Below, piece after piece: positions 44,423-53,695 of a stretch of 64,000 bases of DNA (position 1 is its first letter; every line of letters starts with the position of its first letter). Under the pieces are notes generated by a model. It had not been told where the DNA came from. It worked only from the letters and a program-made list of their open reading frames with translations, and ran no database searches. Where the stretch lies: the NCBI GenBank assembly GCA_963740315.1, contig CAVUDP010000003.1:192001-256000 (forward strand). The letters are read 5' to 3'. Both the position numbers and the translations under genes were made by a program. The stretch is from an uncultured cyanobacterium. Lineage in GTDB: Bacteria > Cyanobacteriota > Cyanobacteriia > Cyanobacteriales > Nostocaceae.

Positions 44423-45745
44423 CTAAAACGACGACTGTAAACCCAGCGTTAATTGCCAATCGGTTTCCAATTGTGGCCCATCTAGATCGCGCAAAATAGG
44501 TAATTCAAATTCCATTGCTAAACGAGAGCCTTTCAAATTACCTTCGGGAGCATATAAATTCAAACCAAAACCTAAGTTAATTTGAGTACCGTTTCTCAAA
44601 TCTGGATCTGCTGTAGGAATCATCATCGGATTTAGTCTGTCATCAGCACCATCAATATCTCCCCAAGTTGCACCTGTTAACCGTAGCGAAGTACTCAACC
44701 AATCCGTCCAATTACGAGCAATCCAACCCGATAGCTGATATTGATTACCCAGACGATAACCGTTGTCATTTTTACCCAATCTGAATGTAGTTAAGGCTTG
44801 CGCTCCCCAAGAACCTTTATCTGATTGACCTAAGTAAGTAATTCCCGGTAACAAATCGAAAGTACCCGAACCTATCTGCATAGGATAGGGAAGTATCTGG
44901 TCATTACCTGCGGGGGTGTCGTCTTTTTCGTTAATTGAACCCGTGGGAAAACTAACGCCAAGGTTTAAATGTACGCGCTGTTTATCTTGATTAAAAATTG
45001 TATATAGCGCTGTAGTTTTGATATCTCCGAATCCTTCAGAATTGGTTGTGAAGCGCGTACCCATGCGGGTAAGATGCTCCATTTCCTTGGAAACATAAGG
45101 CACCATCGCCATTAAAGTAACATCATCGCTAACTGCGTACATTGCCCCAACCATATGCATTTGCATGGTCATATCTACGGGAGTAACCATGAAATCCTCT
45201 AAGACTTCGCGATCGCTAATACTATTTGTACCGTCGCGACTACCGTCCATGTCCATAAACATATAGCGGTAAGAGAACATAAACTCTCCTTTTTTATGAG
45301 TATGATCCCCCATGACTCCAATCGGTGCGTGTCCGTCAGGGCGGGCAGCAGACCATTTATTGAGGTCGCTATTACCATCGCTATCTGCTATTAATTTGTC
45401 GCCGTCTGATTCAGTTGATGTTGGATTATGAAAATTATTGGGTTCTCGTAAAGACGGATCGAAATCTGGTTTATTAAAATCTAAGTCAGCAGCTGAAGTA
45501 GAAATGACTGTATTTTTTTGATTTGTTAATTGAAATTGTTTATCTGACTGCTTAGATTCAATTAACTTCTTAACTAAACTGCGATTATCGGTTTTTATCT
45601 CTGCTCTTATATTTGTCAGATTTGATTCCGGTCTATTTTCTGCAATAGCTGTTAACGGAGTCAAAACAATACTAATAATAGTCAAACTAGATTCAAAATA
45701 ATTTAATTTCAATTTATAAACCCCAATTCGTAAGTAATTTGACAA
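44423..45745 (-). CDS. Outer-membrane beta-barrel 'transporter' family protein, Met/His-rich
   Basis: ARPDGHAPIGVMGDHTH, GFGDI, FPTGS, YPMQIGSGTFD, C-terminal Phe. Confidence 0.8.
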   Translation of the reverse strand: MSNYLRIGVYKLKLNYFESSLTIISIVLTPLTAIAENRPESNLTNIRAEIKTDNRSLVKKLIESKQSDKQFQLTNQKNTVISTSAADLDFNKPDFDPSLREPNNFHNPTSTESDGDKLIADSDGNSDLNKWSAARPDGHAPIGVMGDHTHKKGEFMFSYRYMFMDMDGSRDGTNSISDREVLEDFMVTPVDMTMQMHMVGAMYAVSDDVTLMAMVPYVSKEMEHLTRMGTRFTTNSEGFGDIKTTALYTIFNQDKQRVHLNLGVSFPTGSINEKDDTPAGNDQILPYPMQIGSGTFDLLPGITYLGQSDKGSWGAQALTTFRLGKNDNGYRLGNQYQLSGWIARNWTDWLSTSLRLTGATWGDIDGADDRLNPMMIPTADPDLRNGTQINLGFGLNLYAPEGNLKGSRLAMEFELPILRDLDGPQLETDWQLTLGLQSSF

Positions 45746-45850
45746 GATATACTATCAAATTGGAAATACATTTAACAAAAGACAGCTTGTCAAACTTGCC
45801 TATATTATCAAATCACTTGTAATAGACATAATGGTGATTTACACAATGCA

Positions 45851-45884
45851 AAAAGAAACCCAGTAACTTCAAGTTACCGGGTTT
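45851..45884 (-). terminator. Terminator after the L,D-transpeptidase gene
   Basis: AAACCCAGTAACT-TCA-AGTTACCGGGTTT with an A-run on the + strand (U-tail on the - strand). Confidence 0.7.
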
Positions 45885-45931
45885 ATGTTCTGTATTTATT
45901 TATTTTATCTATCAATAGAAACTTAAATTTC

Positions 45932-46441
45932 CTATTGTTGTACAACAACTGTAGTTCCTACCGATGCCCAATTAAATAATTTTTTGGCTTGATTCGGTGC
46001 TAAATTCACGCAACCATGACTAACCCGCGTACCAAAATTATTATGCCAGAATGCGCCGTGAATTCCATAACCACCTTGATAATACATAGTGTGAGGAACA
46101 TTGGGAATATCGTAGTCATCACCCTTCATCCGAGTTGACTTTAACTTTGTATAGATATTAAACACGCCAATCGGGGTAGGTGTAGCTTTTTTTCCTGTAG
46201 AAACAACAACTCCAAAAGCAGGTTTACCTCCTTCCCAAGCAATTAATCTTTGTTCTGACAAATCTACTTGAATCCAACGTTTATTGGAATTCTTCAACTG
46301 GCTAACTTTTTGGCTAACCTGTTGCATATTATTTGCTAAAGCCTGATTTGTAGGAACACTTACAGCACTAGCCGACAATGCTACAGCAGCTACAAAAGTT
46401 TTGAAATGCCGAATATACTGAGGTGAAATTAGTTTTTTCAT
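45932..46441 (-). CDS. L,D-transpeptidase (YkuD)
   Basis: [23 protein letters not shown]. Confidence 0.93.
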   Translation of the reverse strand: MKKLISPQYIRHFKTFVAAVALSASAVSVPTNQALANNMQQVSQKVSQLKNSNKRWIQVDLSEQRLIAWEGGKPAFGVVVSTGKKATPTPIGVFNIYTKLKSTRMKGDDYDIPNVPHTMYYQGGYGIHGAFWHNNFGTRVSHGCVNLAPNQAKKLFNWASVGTTVVVQQ

Positions 46442-46542
46442 GGTAAATACTCTCAAATCTACTTGTTTTTTGTTTATTTTATTTTCTAACTGTATCTATT
46501 AGCTTATTTCTGTTATAAGTGATGAATTTATCTATTTCAATC

Positions 46543-47196
46543 TTACTTTAACTTTTGAATTAAAGCTTCTGCCCGTTGAGTTATTGAGTTCCAATCTCCA
46601 GACATAAGTAAATGTTTGGGAAATAACTCACTGCTTAATCCAATGGCGATCGCACCTGAAGAGATAAATTCTGCTGCGTTTTCTATAGTTACTCCTCCGG
46701 TAGGAATTAAGGGAATTTGTCCTAATGGTGCTTGCAAACTTTTGATATATCCAGTACCACCAACTGCTTGCACGGGAAACACTTTGACGCAGGTTGCACC
46801 CAGATTCCAAGCTGTAACAATTTCGGTGGGAGTTAACGCTCCAGGTATAACTGGTAACTTTTGTTTGAGGGCAGCTTGAATTATTGCTGAGTCCACATAA
46901 GGAGTAAAAATGAACTGCGCTCCTGCCTGTATTGCTATCTGCGTTTGTGACAAATTCAACAATGTACCCGTACCAATAATACAGTCGGGTAATTCCATGC
47001 GTAATTGTGCAATTAATTCCGAGGCTTGAGGAGTATTCCAAGTGATTTCAATTAACTGCATCCCAGCAGATGCGACAGCTAAAGCCATTTGTCGCGCTAA
47101 GTCTTTTCGATCGGCACGAATTACAGCAATAGCGCGATTTTTTTTTAAAAGTGTTAACCAAGGGGAATTGCGAATGGGGGATTGGGCATTGGGCAT
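46543..47196 (-). CDS. eda: KHG/KDPG aldolase
   Basis: IAVIR, IEIT, GTGT, TPTE, VKVFP, IPTGGV. Confidence 0.92.
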   Translation of the reverse strand: MPNAQSPIRNSPWLTLLKKNRAIAVIRADRKDLARQMALAVASAGMQLIEITWNTPQASELIAQLRMELPDCIIGTGTLLNLSQTQIAIQAGAQFIFTPYVDSAIIQAALKQKLPVIPGALTPTEIVTAWNLGATCVKVFPVQAVGGTGYIKSLQAPLGQIPLIPTGGVTIENAAEFISSGAIAIGLSSELFPKHLLMSGDWNSITQRAEALIQKLK

Positions 47197-47475
47197 GGGG
47201 CTGAAGGGAATATTTTATTTAAAGTTGTTTTCGACCAAATTTATATTGTCTAAACCCGGTTTATTTTATTAAATTAGTTTCTAATATGATTAACTATTAA
47301 CTTATGTTATTTATTATTTAATTAAATAATAAAAATAGCGATCTATTAATATCAATTCCCTTTTATTTTCTGCTGTAGCGGAATTAACCCAAAATTTTAT
47401 CTTTTTTTTGGATTGAGTATGTATATATGTTGCCAAGGCGATCCAAACTAGGTAAATAAAGGCAATTTTGACAAT

Positions 47476-47666
47476 CTAGTACAGACGGGTGTAAGTCAGG
47501 TACCCATATAATAATCGGACATAAAGACCACAAAAAGACACGCGACGCTCCGGCTGAGAAGTCGGGTTTTTATAAAATTTGTAAGTGTATTACAGATACG
47601 TATTCTAAAAACCCGACTTCTGACTATTTAAAAAATGGGTGCGCTATTGAAGTCGTGTAGTACTAG
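47476..47666. mobile_element. MITE-like element, copy 2
   Basis: Same termini and arms as 41601-41726; longer interior with an internal inverted repeat. Confidence 0.8.
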
Positions 47667-47686
47667 TCATTTATCTTTTATTTCGC

Positions 47687-48769
47687 ATGATTTACAAACA
47701 ATTTTTCCAAAAAAGCTTTATAGCCTCGGCTGTAGCAGCAATTCTAATTGGTGGAAGTAATTTAACTCAAACTTTTGCCCAAACCCCACCTACCTCAAAA
47801 ACCCAGCAATCCTTACCCACCTTTACTTTAAAAGGACATATATGGGATATTGAAGCTTTGGCTTTTAGTCCAGATGGACAAACTTTAGTCAGCGGTAGTT
47901 ACGACCACACCGTAAAAGTATGGAACCTCAAAAATGGTAAACTTATTACTACCCTTGATGGACACAAAGACGGTGTAAACGAGGTTGCCATAAGTCCCGA
48001 CGGACAACTATTTTTTACTGCTGGGGGAACAGCAGAGCCATCAACCAGCAAGGTAATTAAGGTATGGAGCATGAAAACCAAAAAGCTGCTTCGTACACTC
48101 AAAGGACATACTTTAGGAGTGACTTCCCTAGCGATCGCCCCAGATGGTAAAACTCTTGTTAGCGGTAGTTACGACAAAACAGTTAAACTGTGGAACCCGC
48201 AAACAGGTGCATTAATTCGTACCTTAACCGGACATACCAGCCCCGTGCGATCGGTTGCAATTAGCCCCGATGGAAAAACTCTCGCCAGCGGCGGCGGTTC
48301 CCTCAAAGGTGATTCCGACAAAACAGTTAAATTATGGAACCTGGAAACGGGAAAATTAATTAGCAGTATCAACGGAAACAATAACGTTATTAGCTTTATC
48401 GGCTTTACTCCCGACGGAAAATATCTTGTCAACGCCACAGATCCCAAAATTAACGTTTGGGATACGAGTACTGGTAAATTAGTTAATAGTTTTAGCGCAT
48501 CAGATATTGAAGGCATTACTTCCGTAACGTTAGGAAAAGATAGTAAAACCGCAGTCACAACCACATTAGATGGAGCAGTAACAATGTGGGATTTGACTAC
48601 CGGAAAAGCGATCGATACTTTAGTTGCAGCCGCCAACAATCCTCAAAATTACGACCAAATTTATCCTACCAGTACCGCTTTTAGTCCAGATGGTAAAACC
48701 ATTGCGATCGGTAATGGAGGTGGAGCTTATAATTCAAGTTTTCCAATTAATATTCGCCGGATGCCGTGA
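47687..48769 (+). CDS. Secreted WD40 beta-propeller protein
   Basis: Signal peptide, repeated GH...FSPDG...SGS.D.TVK.W units. Confidence 0.93.
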   Translation: MIYKQFFQKSFIASAVAAILIGGSNLTQTFAQTPPTSKTQQSLPTFTLKGHIWDIEALAFSPDGQTLVSGSYDHTVKVWNLKNGKLITTLDGHKDGVNEVAISPDGQLFFTAGGTAEPSTSKVIKVWSMKTKKLLRTLKGHTLGVTSLAIAPDGKTLVSGSYDKTVKLWNPQTGALIRTLTGHTSPVRSVAISPDGKTLASGGGSLKGDSDKTVKLWNLETGKLISSINGNNNVISFIGFTPDGKYLVNATDPKINVWDTSTGKLVNSFSASDIEGITSVTLGKDSKTAVTTTLDGAVTMWDLTTGKAIDTLVAAANNPQNYDQIYPTSTAFSPDGKTIAIGNGGGAYNSSFPINIRRMP

Positions 48770-48773
48770 ATAG

Positions 48774-49003
48774 TTGGGCATGGGGAGATGGGGAGATGGG
48801 GAGATGGAGAGATGGGGTTCGGGGGAGTACTTCGACAAGTCTTACAGTGAGCTACGTCGAACTGCTCAGTAACCTTTGGGGAGATGGGGAGATGGGGAGT
48901 AGATAATTCGTAGTTTCTATTACAAATTACCAATTACCAATTACCAATTACCAATGCCCATTCACCGGAGGTGGGAGGTAGCCCAATGCCCCATGCCCAA
49001 CCA
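48774..49003. repeat. STRR block with embedded short dispersed repeats
   Basis: (GGGGAGAT)n, (CAATTAC)n, (CCCAATG)n; interrupted at 48817-48877 and 48961-48981. Confidence 0.85.
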
Positions 49004-49957
49004 TCACTTTTCATACTGCTCGTAAGCTGCGACGATGCGCTGTACTAAAGCATGACGGACGACATCTTTTTGAGAAAATTCACAAAAGGCTATGCCTTCT
49101 ACGTTTTTCAAAATTTGAAAAGCTGCTGATAATCCGGATTTTTGCTGTAATGGTAAATCGGTTTGCGTCATGTCACCTGTTACTACCATGCGAGAGCGAA
49201 AACCCAAACGAGTTAAAAGCATTTTCATCTGTGCTGGTGTGGTGTTTTGAGCTTCATCCACAATCACAAATGCATTGTTTAAAGTTCTTCCCCGCATATA
49301 AGCTAATGGTGCAACTTCAATTACGCCTTTTTCAATTAGCGATGGTACTTTATCGGGATCGATAAATTCGTTGATTGCATCATAAAGCGGACGTAGATAA
49401 GGATTAACTTTTTGCTGCAAGTCTCCGGGTAAAAAGCCGAGTTTTTCACCTGCTTCAACGGCTGGACGAGTTAAAATTAGTTTCTCATACTGATTATCCA
49501 GCAGTGCTTGGACGGCGACAACAACCGCCAAAAATGTTTTACCAGTGCCCGCAGGACCAATACAAAATGTTAAGTCACGCTTGCGTATTGCTTCAATATA
49601 CTGTCGCTGGCGAAAGGTTTTGGCTCGAATTTGTTCGCCACGACGAGTTTTAGCAAGTACATCCTTTTGTAATGTTTGCAGTTCATCAACTCGATCGGTA
49701 TCAAGGGCTTGACGCGCTGTTAAAATATCGGCGAGAGATAATATATTGCCTTTAGTCCAGATATCTTCTAAAGATTTCACCAATCGACGAACCAAGTCGA
49801 TTTGTTTTTCTGTACCGCTGACGTATAATTCTTGTCCCCGAAGTACTATCGTGGCTCCAGTTTGTCGCGATAGGGTTTTGAGGTTTTCTTCCTTGTTTCC
49901 CGCTAAGGCGATCGCACTTGGAATGTCGGGCAATTCTATTGTTATGGCATCTGCCAT
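49004..49957 (-). CDS. phoH: PhoH family ATPase (YbeZ-like)
   Basis: GPAGTGKT, TRPAVEAGEKLGFLPG, AYMRGRT, DEAQN. Confidence 0.95.
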   Translation of the reverse strand: MADAITIELPDIPSAIALAGNKEENLKTLSRQTGATIVLRGQELYVSGTEKQIDLVRRLVKSLEDIWTKGNILSLADILTARQALDTDRVDELQTLQKDVLAKTRRGEQIRAKTFRQRQYIEAIRKRDLTFCIGPAGTGKTFLAVVVAVQALLDNQYEKLILTRPAVEAGEKLGFLPGDLQQKVNPYLRPLYDAINEFIDPDKVPSLIEKGVIEVAPLAYMRGRTLNNAFVIVDEAQNTTPAQMKMLLTRLGFRSRMVVTGDMTQTDLPLQQKSGLSAAFQILKNVEGIAFCEFSQKDVVRHALVQRIVAAYEQYEK

Positions 49958-50072
49958 AGTTTTTATTTTAGGTAAGCAGTAATTATTAACAAAAATGCTC
50001 CCTGGGGGAGACAAAGCTTATTTTCTAACCAATCGGTGTTTTTAAGCAATATTTCAATTAAGAAGGCTGTTT

Positions 50073-50096
50073 ACTATCAGCCGTTTGGCTGATAGT
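50073..50096. other. Perfect 10-bp stem-loop between khpA and phoH
   Basis: ACTATCAGCC-gttt-GGCTGATAGT; no U-tail on the coding strand. Confidence 0.6.
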
Positions 50097-50144
50097 TAAT
50101 AAAACACGAAAATCAAATAGGAAACAAGCAGGATATTGTTTCAA

Positions 50145-50588
50145 TCAAATGCGAATGCGGGGTTTAGTGAAATCGCTACTTCCGTCACCATTTTTTATTT
50201 TAGGCTTGGGCATTGGTAATGCTCTATCCCCTTCTTCGCTACTAGATGTAGATGCGGGTGCATCAACACGATCGTTACTACCGTAAATGTCTAGGTATGC
50301 CGATTGTCCGGCAGCGATCGCAGCCGCAGAAATCACAGTGCGAATAGCCTGAATGTTGCGTCCTCCACGACCAAACACTTTACCTTTATCTGCACTATCA
50401 AAAGCAATGCGAATCCAAGCTCGTTTGCTGCTAAGAGAAATTTCACAATCAACGCTTAAAGAGTCTGGAGATTCCAAAAACGGCTCTATCAAAAATTTTA
50501 CTAGACTAACGTAATCGGGAGTTGTACTGGGTTTGGTATTTATAACTTTATCAGGATGCAGTTTCTGCACGGACTTGTTCAAAAACAT
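50145..50588 (-). CDS. khpA: KH-domain RNA-binding protein (KhpA/YlqC)
   Basis: [19 protein letters not shown]; directly downstream of rpsP. Confidence 0.9.
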   Translation of the reverse strand: MFLNKSVQKLHPDKVINTKPSTTPDYVSLVKFLIEPFLESPDSLSVDCEISLSSKRAWIRIAFDSADKGKVFGRGGRNIQAIRTVISAAAIAAGQSAYLDIYGSNDRVDAPASTSSSEEGDRALPMPKPKIKNGDGSSDFTKPRIRI

Positions 50589-50811
50589 TATTTTTTTCTA
50601 AGATGCGACGCACGGTATCAGTTGGTTGAGCGCCCTGTTGTAACCGTTTGACAATGCCGGGAACGTCTAACTGTACGTCCTTGGTTCTAGGATTATAAAA
50701 CCCTAATTCTTCAAGTGGACGACCATCACGGCGAGCAAGATTATTGATGGCAATTATACGATAACTCGCTTCTCGCTTTTTACCAATTCGCTTTAGGCGC
50801 AGTTTAATCAT
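50551..50811 (-). CDS. rpsP: 30S ribosomal protein S16
   Basis: [35 protein letters not shown]. Confidence 0.98.
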   Translation of the reverse strand: MIKLRLKRIGKKREASYRIIAINNLARRDGRPLEELGFYNPRTKDVQLDVPGIVKRLQQGAQPTDTVRRILEKNNVFEQVRAETAS

Positions 50812-51065
50812 GATTTCTTGGTTATTCTCCTACTTTTAATGGGGTTGACGTACAACTACAGTTAGCGATAAATCTATCTAACATTATGGAAGCATTTCAC
50901 CTAAAACGGTGATGCTCGTCCGGCGTTAGGGAAGATATAATTTTCCCACAACCAGCAAATGATAATTTTAGCACTTGCACGGCTTTAAGCGCTATTTCTA
51001 CGACAATGCCCCCCAAGCGATATAATGTCGCTTGTTTAACCGTAATAGTAGCCCCTACAAATTAG

Positions 51066-53630
51066 ATGGATAATTTAGAAAAAAGCGGGTTTCGAGCGGT
51101 ATTTAAAAATATTGCAATTCTAATTCTGGTATTGGTTCTAACTTTAGCCGGATTGACTTCTTACACGGTTAGAAAATCTTTTCCTCAAAGCGGCAGGGTT
51201 ACGATTTCCGGACTTGAAAATGAAGTGAAAGTCCAGCGAGATGAATGGGGAATTCCGCAAATTTATGCCGCTTCTAACCACGATTTGTTTTTAGCGCAAG
51301 GTTACGTCCACGCTCAAGATCGTTTCTGGCAAATGGATTTTTGGCGACATATCGGTACCGGGCAATTGTCGGAAATGTTTGGTTCCTCGCAGTTGGACAA
51401 AGATCGGTTTCTGCGAACGATGGGATGGAAAAAGATCGCGCAGCAAGAATTTGCAACTTTAGATGTTAGTACGAAGGCAAATTTACAAGCTTATGCCGAA
51501 GGTGTAAATGCTTATTTGGCAAATCGTCAAGGTAGTGCTTTGAGTTTGGAATATGCCGTACTAAAACTTCTCAATCGCCAATATCGTCCGGAACCCTGGC
51601 AGCCAATCCACTCTATCTTATGGGGTAAAGTCATGGCTTACGACCTAAGTACGAATTTAGGTGACGAAATTGAACGGACTATTCTTTTAAAATCTTTCCC
51701 TAAAGCGCGAGTAGATGAACTTTTCCCGCTTTATCCTCAAAATTTTCCAGTAATTGCACCAGATTTCAAAGTAGCAAAAAAAGCAGTAGATCGTACTAAG
51801 GAAGATATCAATTTAGCTGCTTTAAAACAAATTACTCCTTCCTTAAAATCCATTGCCAGCAACGTAACTGCAATGGAAGAAATACTTGGGGCTACGGGAA
51901 TGGGTGTAGGTTCCAACAGTTGGACTATTTCCGGTAAACGCACGGCTACGGGTAAACCGATTTTAGCTGATGACCCGCATTTATCGGTGCAAATGCCTTC
52001 AATTTGGTATGAATTAGGTTTGCACTGTATTTCAATAAACGATTCAAATATCAAAAATTGTCCTTACAACGTTACAGGTTTTACCTTTGCCGGAGTACCT
52101 GGGGTAATTATCGGACATAATAACCGCATTGCTTGGGGCGTAACAAATGTGATGTCCGACACGATGGACTTATATATAGAAAAAATTAATCCTGAAAACC
52201 CCAATCAATATGAAGTGAATGGTAAATGGGTGGATATGCAGCTTGTGAAAGAAGAAATTCAAGTTGCTGGCGAGGAACCAGTAAATCAAATTGTCCGCTA
52301 CACTAAACACGGTCCGATTCTTTCCGATGTTGTACCTGCGTTAGAAAAATTCGGTGAAAATTCATCAGTTAAAATCCCGACAAATTACGCCGTTTCCTTG
52401 CGCTGGACTGCTTTAGAACCTTCCACATTGCTCGCTGCTTTACAAGAAATAAATCGCGCTCAAAATTGGCAGGAATTCCGCGCTGCTGGAAATAAATTTG
52501 ATATTGCGGCTCAGAATTTAATATATGCAGACGTTGATGGAAATATCGGCTATCAAATGCCCGGTAGAACTCCCATACGCAAACAAGGAGATGGACGTTA
52601 TCCGGTACCGGGTTGGAATAATAAATATGAATGGCAAGGCTATATTGATTTTGAGGAATTACCCCACAGTTTTAATCCAGCGCGAGGATATATTATTACC
52701 GCAAATAATGCCGTAGTTGACGAAAGTTATCCCTACGTGATTACCAAAGATTGGGTTCGCGGCTACCGTGCAAAACGGATTGAAGAAATAATTTCTAATG
52801 CAAATCGACCATTAACTTTAGCTGATATAAAATCAATTCAAGGTGATACTCTCGATCTTAATGCGCGGGATTTGATGCCCATATTAAAGTCGATTTCTTT
52901 TGATGATTCTCGGATTGAAAATGCGCGTCAATTATTACTAAACTGGGATTTTCAACTAAAAATAGAATCACCCGCATCCGCCATCTTTGAGACATTCTGG
53001 AAAAAATTGTTAGCGCTGACATTCAACGACGAGCTACCCCAAGATTACCATCCCGATGGTGGCGATCGCTGGTATGCTGTCATCAAAAATTTAGTCGAAC
53101 AACCGAATAATTTATGGTGGGACGATCGCAATACAGCAAAAGTGGAAAACCGAGATGAAATGTTCAAGCAAGCTTTAGTAGAAGCAGTTGATGAACTTGA
53201 AAATACTTTCGGTAGCAACCCACAAAAATGGACTTGGGGAAAGCTGCATAAAATCAACTTTCGCAACGTTACTTTAGGTAAATCCGGCGTAACTGCGATC
53301 GAAAGACTATTTAATCGAGGTACATATCAAACAGCAGGTGATGGAGAAACCATCAATGCCAACCGTTGGAAAGCCAATAATTCATCTTTTGAAGTTACTC
53401 ACATTCCTTCATTGCGGATGATTGTAGACTTAGGGAAATTCGATAATTCCCAAGCAATTCACAGCACCGGGCAATCGGGGCATGCATTCAATCGTCACTA
53501 CACCGACATGATTGAACCTTGGCGTAATATTCAATATCATTCTATGTTTTGGGAAAATAAGATTAATGGAAAGGCTGAATCAACATTATTTTTGATGCCA
53601 AGTCAATTATCAATGAACAATGAACAATGA
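51066..53630 (+). CDS. Penicillin acylase family Ntn-hydrolase (possible AHL acylase)
   Basis: RDEWGIPQI, AQDRFWQMD, GSNSW nucleophile, LADDPHL, GQSGH. Confidence 0.93.
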   Translation: MDNLEKSGFRAVFKNIAILILVLVLTLAGLTSYTVRKSFPQSGRVTISGLENEVKVQRDEWGIPQIYAASNHDLFLAQGYVHAQDRFWQMDFWRHIGTGQLSEMFGSSQLDKDRFLRTMGWKKIAQQEFATLDVSTKANLQAYAEGVNAYLANRQGSALSLEYAVLKLLNRQYRPEPWQPIHSILWGKVMAYDLSTNLGDEIERTILLKSFPKARVDELFPLYPQNFPVIAPDFKVAKKAVDRTKEDINLAALKQITPSLKSIASNVTAMEEILGATGMGVGSNSWTISGKRTATGKPILADDPHLSVQMPSIWYELGLHCISINDSNIKNCPYNVTGFTFAGVPGVIIGHNNRIAWGVTNVMSDTMDLYIEKINPENPNQYEVNGKWVDMQLVKEEIQVAGEEPVNQIVRYTKHGPILSDVVPALEKFGENSSVKIPTNYAVSLRWTALEPSTLLAALQEINRAQNWQEFRAAGNKFDIAAQNLIYADVDGNIGYQMPGRTPIRKQGDGRYPVPGWNNKYEWQGYIDFEELPHSFNPARGYIITANNAVVDESYPYVITKDWVRGYRAKRIEEIISNANRPLTLADIKSIQGDTLDLNARDLMPILKSISFDDSRIENARQLLLNWDFQLKIESPASAIFETFWKKLLALTFNDELPQDYHPDGGDRWYAVIKNLVEQPNNLWWDDRNTAKVENRDEMFKQALVEAVDELENTFGSNPQKWTWGKLHKINFRNVTLGKSGVTAIERLFNRGTYQTAGDGETINANRWKANNSSFEVTHIPSLRMIVDLGKFDNSQAIHSTGQSGHAFNRHYTDMIEPWRNIQYHSMFWENKINGKAESTLFLMPSQLSMNNEQ

Positions 53631-53695
53631 ACAGTTAATATAGGGCTAAATCTTACGGCGAGTGATAATTGATAACTGATAATTGATAATTGATT
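53612..53695. repeat. Opposed heptamer STRR tracts between convergent genes
   Basis: (CAATGAA)n and (TGATAAT/C)n. Confidence 0.75.
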
